A DNA stretch of 50,845 nucleotides from positions 1-50,845 of the forward strand of contig JACPGQ010000003.1 of NCBI GenBank assembly GCA_016188975.1. Direction: 5' to 3'. This DNA is from Candidatus Levyibacteriota bacterium. Its GTDB lineage: Bacteria; Patescibacteriota; Microgenomatia; Levybacterales; UBA12049. This document shows positions 1 through 8,131 of this stretch, in pieces. The translations under genes were made by a program, and so were the position numbers. Under the pieces are notes generated by a model, which had not been told where the DNA came from, searched no databases, and was given only the letters and a program-made list of their open reading frames with translations. Position 1 is the first letter of the stretch. Every line of letters begins with the position of its first letter.

Positions 1-43
1 CATTATATCAAATTTGATATAAAATGCAAGAGCCAAAAAGGGA

Positions 44-523
44 TTACTGCAGAGTTACTGGGACTGTGACTTTGTCGACTCTAGAGCCGTCTTTAGCTGA
101 GTAATCGAAGACTTCAATAGTTATTTTTCCCATCATAAACTCTCCCAGGTCTTTAATCGTAATCGTAAACGGACCATACTCTCCAGCATCCGGAGCATTG
201 GCATAGGTATTGCCCTGACTCAACACATTTCCCTTCTCGTCTTTGATACGGTAGTTGAGCTGATTTTCAAAAACACGAGCCTGACCGGTGATAATCATCG
301 GGAGCGAGACACCGTCCCCCGGTTTTGGCGATGTGACGATGATATTGACATCCTCTGATATCTGCGTCGGACTGATCTCTGAAGGAGTTTGTGACACATT
401 GGCCGGAGGTGTAGGAGTAATGACCGCAGGTTCATTCACTTGCTTCTGAAGAAACAGATACACACCGGACACACCCAAGATGACAAGAAAAACGACTATT
501 ATGATGATAGGATTTCTCCGCAT
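44..523 (-). CDS. membrane-anchored Gmad2 immunoglobulin-like domain protein
   Basis: 159-aa ORF. An N-terminal TM helix (IIIIVVFLVILGVSGVYLFL) is followed by VTSPKPGDGVSLPMIITGQARVFENQLNYRIKDEKG...GEYGPFTITI, a pattern I associate with Gmad2 Ig-like domains. Called from memory. Confidence 0.55.
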   Translation of the reverse strand: MRRNPIIIIVVFLVILGVSGVYLFLQKQVNEPAVITPTPPANVSQTPSEISPTQISEDVNIIVTSPKPGDGVSLPMIITGQARVFENQLNYRIKDEKGNVLSQGNTYANAPDAGEYGPFTITIKDLGEFMMGKITIEVFDYSAKDGSRVDKVTVPVTLQ

Positions 524-595
524 ACGTCTTATCGTTAGTGAAAAGTGACAAGAAGATTTTACACTCCAACGTGTTGCATGTTACTTGTTACGTTT

Positions 596-967
596 TTACT
601 TCACCTGAAGTTTATCCTTCAATGTTTTCCCTAAATTTCCTTCGCCGGTAACGTGTACTGGCGGCAGCGTCGTCTGGATATTGTTAAGTTCTATCGGTTT
701 AAATTCCTTCTGGGACTGTGTGCCAAGTGTCTGACCATCTGGCAAAGCAGGGGGTGTTGGCGATTTGGGTGATAACAACAATAATAGCAATATAACAATG
801 ATAGCAATTACGGCAATTTTCCGCGTCCGCGGTGAAATCGTACGTACCTCACCGCTCGCGCTTCTTCCCACGTCAACAACGCCTCTTTGAACTTGCCGAT
901 GCAATAGTGGCGCTACCGGTCTGGGGTGTTGGAAGAGCTTCTTCCTTCGCTCGCGGCGGGATGACAT
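596..967 (-). CDS. hypothetical single-pass membrane protein
   Basis: 123-aa ORF with a basic N-terminus, one strong TM helix (IAVIAIIVILLLLLL) and a Pro/Thr linker. No recognisable domain. Confidence 0.4.
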   Translation of the reverse strand: MSSRRERRKKLFQHPRPVAPLLHRQVQRGVVDVGRSASGEVRTISPRTRKIAVIAIIVILLLLLLSPKSPTPPALPDGQTLGTQSQKEFKPIELNNIQTTLPPVHVTGEGNLGKTLKDKLQVK

Positions 968-1056
968 GGGTTCATTTTGCTAAAAAAGAGGAAGAATGTC
1001 AAACAGTATCCGAATACATCCGAATTTAGTTTGGATTGTCGCCACTGCCTTTTACT

Positions 1057-1260
1057 CACCACAACTTGTGATGGAATAACCATTTAGCCTCGATTTTCAC
1101 CACAACAGTTGTGGTGACCCACCACAACTGAGGCTAATTCCACCACAACCGTTGTGGACCACAACCTATAGTTGTGGTGGTTTGAGGCTAGATTTGTGGT
1201 GGTGTGATGACTTAAAAAGTAGCACATGCATTTTTGTGGTGAAGTTATGGTGGCCACAAG
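1057..1260. repeat. array of about 12 CCACCACAAC / GTTGTGGTGG boxes, several forming palindromic pairs
   Basis: Forward boxes start at 1057, 1098, 1118, 1140 and 1158. Reverse boxes start at 1066, 1108, 1151, 1171, 1194, 1234 and 1247. The 19-nt palindrome CACCACAACAGTTGTGGTG spans 1098-1116. The outer units TAGCCTC..CACCACAAC (1086-1106) and GTTGTGGTGG..GAGGCTA (1171-1187) are inverted copies. The 67-aa ORF 1084..1287 is made of these repeats and is probably spurious. Confidence 0.85.
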
Positions 1261-1402
1261 TAGTATTTCCAACTGAATAGGTTGCAAGAAATCAGAATCG
1301 TCACAAAGTATAATACTATGTAGTACTATACTCTAGGAAAATAATGTTTATATATCCTGTCCTTGCAATCTAATTACGAGAAGAGTAGAATCACCTTAGT
1401 TT

Positions 1403-1978
1403 ATGGAACGCGCAAGATCTTGGTCGAGCATTGATAATCTAAGATTACGATCCCCTATTGAGACACAATTGGACGAAATTGCTGTTGATGCACGAATAGT
1501 AGTAGATGATCTTCGCCGCTCTCCTACTCTAGCTCCATACCTTATAGGAGATAGTGGACTTCCAGGATCTTTCTCACTTTTTAGAAGAATACAGCAAGTA
1601 CTACAAAGAAATCCCGACTTGCTCGATGAGCTTAATCGTGTAGCTGATGCACACCCAGATCATGTAGCACTCTTAGTAGCACCAGATGTCTCCGAAGGAC
1701 AACCACTCATTCTTTCTCGCTATGGAAATACAACCTCAGCTGTCGTACCAATACTTGGGTGCACGAGAATGGCGATGAAAGATACGTGGGGCAATAAACG
1801 TCCACAAGAGGGTTATGATCTTTTTTTATCTGACAACGGTCTTATGGAAGACGCATGGGAAATGGCAGAAGCTACGGATGGTGATGGCATAATGACATAT
1901 CATAGGACAAAGATGAGTCCTGAAGATTATGTTGGTTTAGCATGCAAGGAGTATTTTACAATGAACCTCTTAGATTAG
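1403..1978 (+). CDS. hypothetical protein
   Basis: 191-aa ORF with no recognisable motif. A TAGAAT box at 1386-1391 lies 11 nt upstream of the ATG. Confidence 0.45.
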   Translation: MERARSWSSIDNLRLRSPIETQLDEIAVDARIVVDDLRRSPTLAPYLIGDSGLPGSFSLFRRIQQVLQRNPDLLDELNRVADAHPDHVALLVAPDVSEGQPLILSRYGNTTSAVVPILGCTRMAMKDTWGNKRPQEGYDLFLSDNGLMEDAWEMAEATDGDGIMTYHRTKMSPEDYVGLACKEYFTMNLLD

Positions 1979-2011
1979 CCTTCGATCAGGCGCAGATGCT
2001 TGCAGAGTAAA

Positions 2012-2773
2012 TCATTTTTTCCTCAATAAATACTTCTTCCGCTCTTCTTCAGAAAAGTGTTCTATAGCATAGCGGAGAGCTGTACGGCCCATCTCGTGTT
2101 TGTGTTTGGTGAGAAAATTCTTGAGGTCTTCCCGACTCACTCTCTTCCCTACTTCCCGAAGCATCCAGCCGACTGCTTTTTGGATGAGGTCGTTTTTATC
2201 ATGAAGCAATAGTGTCGCAATAGTTATCGCCTCATCTGATTTACCGTTTTTGATAAATGCGTAGGTCGAGATCATCGCAATACGGCGTTCCCAGAGAGAG
2301 GGAGATTTGGCAAGGGTTTTGAGAAGATCAAGGCTATTGTCACTTCGCCCGCCTTTGGCGAGGCTTCGCTCCTTCCTCGAAGAGTAAAGATACTCTCCCA
2401 CTATCTTATCGGCGCTGAGATCAACCAGATCCCAATTGTTTATATACTTCGTATGCGCCAGATAAAAATCAACTAGTGCGTTTTGCTCCTTAGGATCAGC
2501 CTTTTGAAATTGCGCAACCAAAATAAGTAAAGCAATCAACCGCTCTTCATGAATTTCCGATTGCAATAATGTCTCAACATCCTTGAATGGAAAATCTTTG
2601 TACTTTTTTGCAATATCTCGTGACTGCGGGACAGTAAGTCCTACAAAGACATCTCCTTCTCCATACTGTCCTTTTCCCGTTTTAAAGAAACCTGAGACAA
2701 ATGCAGCTTTTTCTTTGCTGGCTAGCTTTGCTACCTCTCTACGGAGTTGTTGTAAAAGATTTTGTTGCTTCAT
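2012..2773 (-). CDS. DNA alkylation repair protein (AlkD-like HEAT-repeat family)
   Basis: 253 aa. It shows GEGDVFVGLTVPQSRDIAKKY, HEERLIALLILV, NNWDLVDLSADKIVG, SLWERRIAMISTY and KAVGWMLREVGK, which are characteristic of the DNA_alkylation family. Confidence 0.75.
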   Translation of the reverse strand: MKQQNLLQQLRREVAKLASKEKAAFVSGFFKTGKGQYGEGDVFVGLTVPQSRDIAKKYKDFPFKDVETLLQSEIHEERLIALLILVAQFQKADPKEQNALVDFYLAHTKYINNWDLVDLSADKIVGEYLYSSRKERSLAKGGRSDNSLDLLKTLAKSPSLWERRIAMISTYAFIKNGKSDEAITIATLLLHDKNDLIQKAVGWMLREVGKRVSREDLKNFLTKHKHEMGRTALRYAIEHFSEEERKKYLLRKK

Positions 2774-3918
2774 GCCAGAAGACGTTTCTCTTTGACAAAC
2801 ATGAGAAGTACTACGGCGAGTGCTGTCAAACCAAACGAGAAGTAAAGCGGCACGAGCATCCCAAACCTATCCCAAAGAATCCCAGCTAGAAATGAGGCAG
2901 GAAGACTCATAAGGCCTATGACCATCTGAAACCCGCCGAGAGTTGATGCGACAAAATCCTTGGGTGCTAGCTCAGCGACAAAGGTTTTTTGTACGGGCTC
3001 TATAGCTCCTTTGTGGAGCCCGTACAACACGAAAGCGACAATAACGACAAACATCTTCTGTGAGAATGCCAGAGAAAGTAGCAGCATTGCCCAAAATGTG
3101 AGCGAAAGATATAAAACACTTTTTCTCCCAATCCTGTCTGATAGCTTACCGAAAGGAATTGATGTCAAGGCTGCAACAACAGTAAAGAGGAGATACAAGA
3201 GTGGAAGTGATGCTACTTGAAACCCTTCGCCACTTGCAAAAATGAGCAAAAACGAATAGCTGAAAGCTCCGAGTGAAAAAAAAGCGTTTGAAACTGTGTA
3301 GAGCAAAAGGTCCTGACCGAAATGAGAAAAAGATATTCCTTTATATAAACGTATATAAGGCGTCTTGTGTTCTTTTATGACAAAGAAAACAAGCATCACT
3401 GCAAGGAGTGACGGGATCGCGGCAACAAAAAAAAGCGTTCTGTACCCGATAAGCGGAAGGAGGAAAAAAGCGAGAAGAATACCAACGACCGCTCCCGCAT
3501 TATCCATCGCACGGAGAATCCCAAAGTGTTTTCCACGATTGGTGTTGTCTGAAACATCTGAAATAATCGCATCTCGTGGAGACCCCCGCATCTTCCCGGA
3601 TCTGTCCAAGATCCGAAACGGGATAAGATACTGCCAGGCAGGAGAAAGTGCGTATCCGACATGGGCAATTGCACCAAAAAGGTACCCGGTCCAGATAAAC
3701 ACCTTGCGTTTTTTCAGCCGATCCGAGTAGTACCCAGATACTGCCTGTGAAAGAGAGACAACAGCATCCCCAAGCCCATCAATAAACCCAAGCGTTGCCA
3801 TGTTTGCACCAAGAACCTGCGTAACAAAAACAGGCCAGACAGAAAAAACCATATCTGACCCGCAATCGTGGAGAAATGAAGCAGCCGAAAATGTCCTAAC
3901 TGTTTTTTTCGCTTCCAT
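2770..3918 (-). CDS. MFS transporter
   Basis: 382 aa with about 12 predicted TM helices and the loop motif SDRLKKRKVFIWTG between TM2 and TM3. Its stop overlaps the start of the downstream gene by 4 nt. Confidence 0.8.
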   Translation of the reverse strand: MEAKKTVRTFSAASFLHDCGSDMVFSVWPVFVTQVLGANMATLGFIDGLGDAVVSLSQAVSGYYSDRLKKRKVFIWTGYLFGAIAHVGYALSPAWQYLIPFRILDRSGKMRGSPRDAIISDVSDNTNRGKHFGILRAMDNAGAVVGILLAFFLLPLIGYRTLFFVAAIPSLLAVMLVFFVIKEHKTPYIRLYKGISFSHFGQDLLLYTVSNAFFSLGAFSYSFLLIFASGEGFQVASLPLLYLLFTVVAALTSIPFGKLSDRIGRKSVLYLSLTFWAMLLLSLAFSQKMFVVIVAFVLYGLHKGAIEPVQKTFVAELAPKDFVASTLGGFQMVIGLMSLPASFLAGILWDRFGMLVPLYFSFGLTALAVVLLMFVKEKRLLA

Positions 3919-4020
3919 ACTTCAATAATAATCTTATTGTCCGGGCCTGTCCACCAAAGCAGAATTCACATGTTTTTATATGCTACCCAGCATCTTTGTG
4001 TAATAAAAATATGAACTTGT

Positions 4021-4054
4021 GGAAAAAGGAAAGCCGGAGACTTTCGTCCCCGGC
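4021..4054 (-). terminator. candidate intrinsic terminator (minus strand)
   Basis: On the minus strand the hairpin GCCGGGGAC-GAAA-GTCTCCGGC (4033-4054) is followed by TTTCCTTTTTCC (4021-4032). It lies about 500 nt downstream of the stop of the GNAT gene. Confidence 0.45.
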
Positions 4055-4455
4055 CCGTATGCGTGTGTGATCATAGCAGCTCTACAAATGACTTCGATTG
4101 TCCCTCGACCCGCTCGGAATCACGAAAATCTTTGTAGGGCTTGATTGATTATATGAATAGTCTTTGTTGAAAAAAAAGTTTGAGGGAGAAATCGATGTGA
4201 CATAGGGCGATAATACAGGAGAGAACGTGTATCTATCATAAAAATGATGTAAAAACTTCGTAAGGACTTCTGTGCTTACACCTACGGAATTTCAGGGGTT
4301 TAGCAGAGTTCTGAAATTCACAAAGTTATCCATCTACAATTGTCCCACCTCATCACCTCCGACGTCGTGTTTTACAGATCCCAATCAACCTATCTCAAGC
4401 GGTTAGTTGTGTGTTCGACAATCCTTTAAATGCTTTAAGCAAGCAAATCCACTTC

Positions 4456-4507
4456 GTTTCTATCCACCCCCGGGGTGGAAGTAGCTTTACACCCGCGGAG
4501 GATAAGA
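4456..4507 (+). repeat. 52-bp direct repeat, copy 1
   Basis: GTTTCTATCCACCCCCGGGGTGGAAGTAGCTTTACACCCGCGGAGGATAAGA is identical to 7480-7531. It contains the near-palindrome CCACCCCCGGGGTGG. Confidence 0.95.
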
Positions 4508-4558
4508 ATTGAAGACTTTTATAGTATCTTATACAAACTTATAAGTGAGTGAAACTTA

Positions 4559-5029
4559 TTACAAATCAAGTCCATCTATTTCCGCAGCATATTCAATATA
4601 TCCAGATCGTTTTAATCCAATCTTTTCATACCAGCTCTTCGGAAATTCTTTTCTCACGTCAGTTAATAATCTTACTCCTGTGATCTTTTTCTCTCCTGCT
4701 ACCTCAATGGCTTTCTTTAACAATCCTTTTGCAACTCCTTTACCTCTATACTCAGGTTTTACTTGAATTGAAATAACAAACAGAACATCACTTTGAAAAT
4801 ATGGATTGACGAGATTAAATATTCCTCCCATACAAATTCCAGCTTCGTCTAATGCAACGAAACTATAATCTGGAAAGTAGTTCCAGCATGTCTCTAAGCT
4901 CTCCTTTGCTTTCTCATAGCTCCACTTATGTGTTTCGTCTTCAGAGTATTCATTTTGATAGAGCCTAACCATTTCATCGGTGTATTTTTCTTCAAATTTT
5001 ACAATTTTCATAAGATTACAATAGTGCAC
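4559..5029 (-). CDS. GNAT family N-acetyltransferase
   Basis: 156 aa with the acetyl-CoA motif A IQVKPEYRGKGVAKGLLKKAIEVA. Confidence 0.8.
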   Translation of the reverse strand: MHYCNLMKIVKFEEKYTDEMVRLYQNEYSEDETHKWSYEKAKESLETCWNYFPDYSFVALDEAGICMGGIFNLVNPYFQSDVLFVISIQVKPEYRGKGVAKGLLKKAIEVAGEKKITGVRLLTDVRKEFPKSWYEKIGLKRSGYIEYAAEIDGLDL

Positions 5030-5897
5030 CGCTAAGAATCCTAAATTCTTTGTTGGTTTCCCAAATTTTCTTTAGTTCATCAAAGTTCTCATCAAGATTC
5101 TTCATCAACTCTGCAAGATGATCTATTTCTTTCAATTTCTCTTTTGAAAGATTTTTGAAATTATTAAGCATGACTGGGACTGGATGATGTAGATAAATGA
5201 TCTCGCTATTCATGAGGCAGTGGAAGTCATAAAAAAGCTCCCATGCAATACAGACCAACCCATCAAATCCTCCAGCATTTCTAAAATGCTTGCCATCTCT
5301 TTTTCCATGTCGTACATCAAGCCACACATCAGCTGAAAAATCGAATTTACCTTCCGGCATGTCGTACATATCAAACCTAGTTCTGTGCCAACTACCGTCT
5401 ACATCTATTGTTATCCATCTATTTTTAGATCTGTCCCGATACTGATTTATCCAATGATCCCAAGCATCGTTTGTTCCCTCAAAATATGCTGCAAACCCGG
5501 ATCTTACTCGTGCTGGGACACCTTTTGCTTTAAGTATTGAAGCCATAAGTATTGCAACATTTCGACATGTCAGAACGAGTTTGTCCTCAGCTTTTCTTTC
5601 CACAGTGATTCCTCGTCCATCTCGACGAAAAAATTCTGCAAGCATGGCGGCTGTCGTCACAAGGTTGTCATCTTCTGCCTGTCTCCACCAGGGAATTTTC
5701 CTCATATCGCCATACTTGAGATCAATATTTGTCCCAACATTACCAGCCTCTAAAGTTGTACGATGAAGAAAGTTCTTTCGGAGAAGTTCACCTAATTCTT
5801 TTACATCGTCAGGCAGTGTTTTTAAATAATCCTCATATAAACCAGGATATGTGAACATTCCACACTGTAAATAATAATCAAGTATCTTTTGTTGCAT
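5016..5897 (-). CDS. transglutaminase-like domain protein
   Basis: 293 aa. It has LTCRNVAILMASILKAKGVPARVRSGF (catalytic Cys context) followed by WDHWINQY (His), as in transglutaminase-like cysteine protease folds. A TATACT box lies 6 nt upstream of the ATG. Confidence 0.7.
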   Translation of the reverse strand: MQQKILDYYLQCGMFTYPGLYEDYLKTLPDDVKELGELLRKNFLHRTTLEAGNVGTNIDLKYGDMRKIPWWRQAEDDNLVTTAAMLAEFFRRDGRGITVERKAEDKLVLTCRNVAILMASILKAKGVPARVRSGFAAYFEGTNDAWDHWINQYRDRSKNRWITIDVDGSWHRTRFDMYDMPEGKFDFSADVWLDVRHGKRDGKHFRNAGGFDGLVCIAWELFYDFHCLMNSEIIYLHHPVPVMLNNFKNLSKEKLKEIDHLAELMKNLDENFDELKKIWETNKEFRILSGALL

Positions 5898-5947
5898 GAG
5901 CTTAGTATAGCTTTTATTATTTTATAATCAACTAGAATCCTTGGTGA

Positions 5948-5953
5948 TATAAT
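5948..5953 (+). promoter_or_regulatory. extended -10 box (TGaTATAAT) 6 nt upstream of a start codon
   Basis: TATAAT at 5948-5953 is preceded by TG at 5945-5946. The ATG is at 5960 and there is no Shine-Dalgarno sequence between them. Confidence 0.45.
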
Positions 5954-5959
5954 CCTTTT

Positions 5960-6487
5960 ATGCAGTCACCAACCTTTTATATATTCTGTGGTCTTCCTTT
6001 TGCCGGGAAAACTGTTCTTACGAAGAAGCTAATAGATAAACTTGGCTTTGTGCCTGTCAACATTGACGATATTAAATTCGCTCGTGGTTTTGAAGGAGTT
6101 TCAGATGATGATGTAAGTGATGAGGATTGGCAAAAGATATATCAGAAATCATGTGACATCTCTCATAAGTGTCTTAATGAAGGAAAAAGCGTATTGTATG
6201 ATAGTTCTAACTTAACAAGAGCAATAAGGGATGACATTAGAAAAAATATGGCAAAATGTAACTTTTCAATAAAAGTCCTCTGGCTCGATATACCATTTGA
6301 CATTGTGAAGGAAAGATACCAGAAAAACAAAATAAAAAAAGAGAGATTTGATATTCCAAATAACATTTTTCAAGAAGCCATTGATACTTATGAGCCGCCA
6401 ACGGAAGATGAGAATATGATTCTTTACACCCAAGATATGGATTTTGATACATGGATCAAAAAGAACTTCTACATAGCTGCAGAATAA
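5960..6487 (+). CDS. P-loop kinase / AAA family ATPase (AAA_33-like)
   Basis: 175 aa with Walker A GLPFAGKT near the N-terminus. Size and layout resemble small-molecule or polynucleotide kinases. Confidence 0.6.
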   Translation: MQSPTFYIFCGLPFAGKTVLTKKLIDKLGFVPVNIDDIKFARGFEGVSDDDVSDEDWQKIYQKSCDISHKCLNEGKSVLYDSSNLTRAIRDDIRKNMAKCNFSIKVLWLDIPFDIVKERYQKNKIKKERFDIPNNIFQEAIDTYEPPTEDENMILYTQDMDFDTWIKKNFYIAAE

Positions 6488-7399
6488 ATGAATACAGAGA
6501 TTTTTAACAAATACTTACCAATCATTAATATATATTATCCTGAGTGTACGAGTGAGAAGGTAGCACTTCTTGACGAGGGGCATGATCACTATGTCTTTCT
6601 TGTCAATAAGATGCATGCATTCCGTTTCCCTCGAACAGATGCACATGGTAAGCAAGATCATGTGATCAATGCATTTTCTCAAAAATTCGCTCCTATTTCT
6701 CCTGTTCCAATCCAAAAAATGGCTGGCCATGTTGACCCAAAGACTAGTATAAAATATCAAACATACGACTTTATTCCAGGTGTTACTCTTTCAAGAGAAC
6801 TCGCTGCTTCTTTAACAGAAGGTGAGTTAATAGAAATTGCAAAAGATATGGGAGGTTTTCTTTCTCGTCTGCATACATTTCCTCTTGATCAGGCAAGAGA
6901 AATGCAAATGGACGAATTGGTTAGTCCACCAGATTATGGCGAGTATTTTAAAGATTTTCTTAAGAAAGATAGAATTGCTTTCTTCTCATTGTTATCAGAA
7001 AAAGAGCAAGTTTGGATCGATCAGTCAATTGAAGCATTTTATAATTTAACGAGAGAGCATTCTTTTCCGTTTACTGTTACGCATTCAGATATGCTTGCTG
7101 AGCACATTCTCATTGACGAGATAACCCACAGACTCAGTGGTGTTATCGATTTTTCACTACGTATTGCAGATCCTGCAAATGATTTCAAGGTTTTTGATGG
7201 ATATGGTGAGGCATTTTTGAAAGCAGTCTACGAGAACTATCTTCCCGTCGATGAGTACTTTGATAAAAGAAGAGCGTTCTACGCGGGAAATCTCCCTGGA
7301 GCAAATCTCTACCAAGCAATTGAGAGAAGTGACGCAAAGATGGTTAATCAGTACTTGAGAGAATTAAAAGAATATATCAGTAACCATCCATCAACTTAA
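6488..7399 (+). CDS. aminoglycoside phosphotransferase (APH) family kinase
   Basis: 303 aa with the catalytic loop HSDMLAEHILID and GVIDFSLRIADPANDF (Brenner and DFG-like motifs). It starts 1 nt after the stop of the preceding gene. Confidence 0.8.
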   Translation: MNTEIFNKYLPIINIYYPECTSEKVALLDEGHDHYVFLVNKMHAFRFPRTDAHGKQDHVINAFSQKFAPISPVPIQKMAGHVDPKTSIKYQTYDFIPGVTLSRELAASLTEGELIEIAKDMGGFLSRLHTFPLDQAREMQMDELVSPPDYGEYFKDFLKKDRIAFFSLLSEKEQVWIDQSIEAFYNLTREHSFPFTVTHSDMLAEHILIDEITHRLSGVIDFSLRIADPANDFKVFDGYGEAFLKAVYENYLPVDEYFDKRRAFYAGNLPGANLYQAIERSDAKMVNQYLRELKEYISNHPST

Positions 7400-7458
7400 C
7401 AGCTTCTTGTCATTCATTAAAGATAATCTTACCAGAAGCTACCTCTTTTATCATAAAA

Positions 7459-7908
7459 TTATTCTTTGGAATTTCTAGTGTTTCTATCCACCCCCGGGGT
7501 GGAAGTAGCTTTACACCCGCGGAGGATAAGAGGATAAGAGTGAGGAGTCACGATATTTATTGATTGATCGCGGAAGTACTCTGCAAATCGTTGCATCAAA
7601 ACTTCAAATGTTCCTCGTTGTATAAGAAGCGAATTTCTATAGTCAATAGCAAGCTCCACCGGGAGTGCAGGATCGCCTCCGTTTTCAATATAATAAAATG
7701 GAACGTCAGGCATTCGATAAATGAAAAATGGCGATATGACTCCTGGCACCATCCCGAGCATACGAGTTGGGTCAAAAGTTGATAAGCTCGTGCCAATAGT
7801 CGTAACAACCGTATACCGTGGTGAGTTGCCGATAAACTTGAGAGTAACTGTGCGGACTGGTTCTGGAGGAGTATCTGAATCAAAATGCATCCGTGTGTAA
7901 CAGTTCAC
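7459..7908 (-). CDS. hypothetical protein whose C-terminal 17-24 residues are encoded by the 52-bp repeat
   Basis: 149-aa ORF with an alternative start (an ATG lies 6 codons in). No known motif. Its 3-prime end runs through repeat copy 2. Confidence 0.4.
   Translation of the reverse strand: MNCYTRMHFDSDTPPEPVRTVTLKFIGNSPRYTVVTTIGTSLSTFDPTRMLGMVPGVISPFFIYRMPDVPFYYIENGGDPALPVELAIDYRNSLLIQRGTFEVLMQRFAEYFRDQSINIVTPHSYPLILRGCKATSTPGVDRNTRNSKE
7480..7531 (+). repeat. 52-bp direct repeat, copy 2
   Basis: Identical to 4456-4507. It is followed by a local duplication of GGATAAGA. Confidence 0.95.
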
Positions 7909-8062
7909 ACTTCGGACAAATTCTGCCGATTGGGAAAATTTGTCAACGTTATGTTAAAAAAATCGGTTTCTAAATTATGTAAGAAACTATCAAGAACATG
8001 ATGAGTTCTCTGTGCCTAGATACTGTATATAGTATGTAGGACGGCTAAAACCTTGATTACTA

Positions 8063-8113
8063 CTGCAAGAGAATTGTGAGAATATTGCAAGAATGCTTCA
8101 CAATTGTAAGAAA
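8063..8113 (+). promoter_or_regulatory. direct repeats TTG(C/T)(A/G)AGAA with 11-bp spacing upstream of the response-regulator gene
   Basis: The boxes are cTGCAAGAGAA at 8063, TTGTGAGAAT at 8074, TTGCAAGAAT at 8085 and TTGTAAGAAA at 8104. A TATACT box sits at 8120-8125. Confidence 0.35.
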
Positions 8114-8131
8114 ATTGCGTATACTACACCC

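Noticed and set aside
1084-1287. A 67-aa ORF lies on the minus strand.
   Set aside because: It is composed almost entirely of the CCACCACAAC repeat array (runs of His, Asn, Thr and Val) and is most likely not coding.
1057-1400. The box array plus AT-rich stretch as the chromosomal origin oriC.
   Set aside because: It is not rejected outright but is not claimed. The boxes share only TGTGG with the DnaA-box consensus, and no dnaA or dnaN is adjacent within the window. It is kept only as a hypothesis under findings.
4021-4040. GGAAAGCCGGAG resembles the GAGGAAAGTCCGG P4 region of RNase P RNA.
   Set aside because: The surrounding sequence is AT-rich and lacks the other conserved RNase P blocks. 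The stretch is better explained as a minus-strand terminator hairpin plus T-tract.
4456-7531. The 52-mer starts GTTTC and contains a hairpin, so it superficially resembles a CRISPR repeat or an integron attC site.
   Set aside because: Only two copies exist, 2972 bp apart, with four full-length genes between them. No cas genes or intI are present, and the 52-mer lacks the RYYYAAC...GTTRRRY symmetry of attC.
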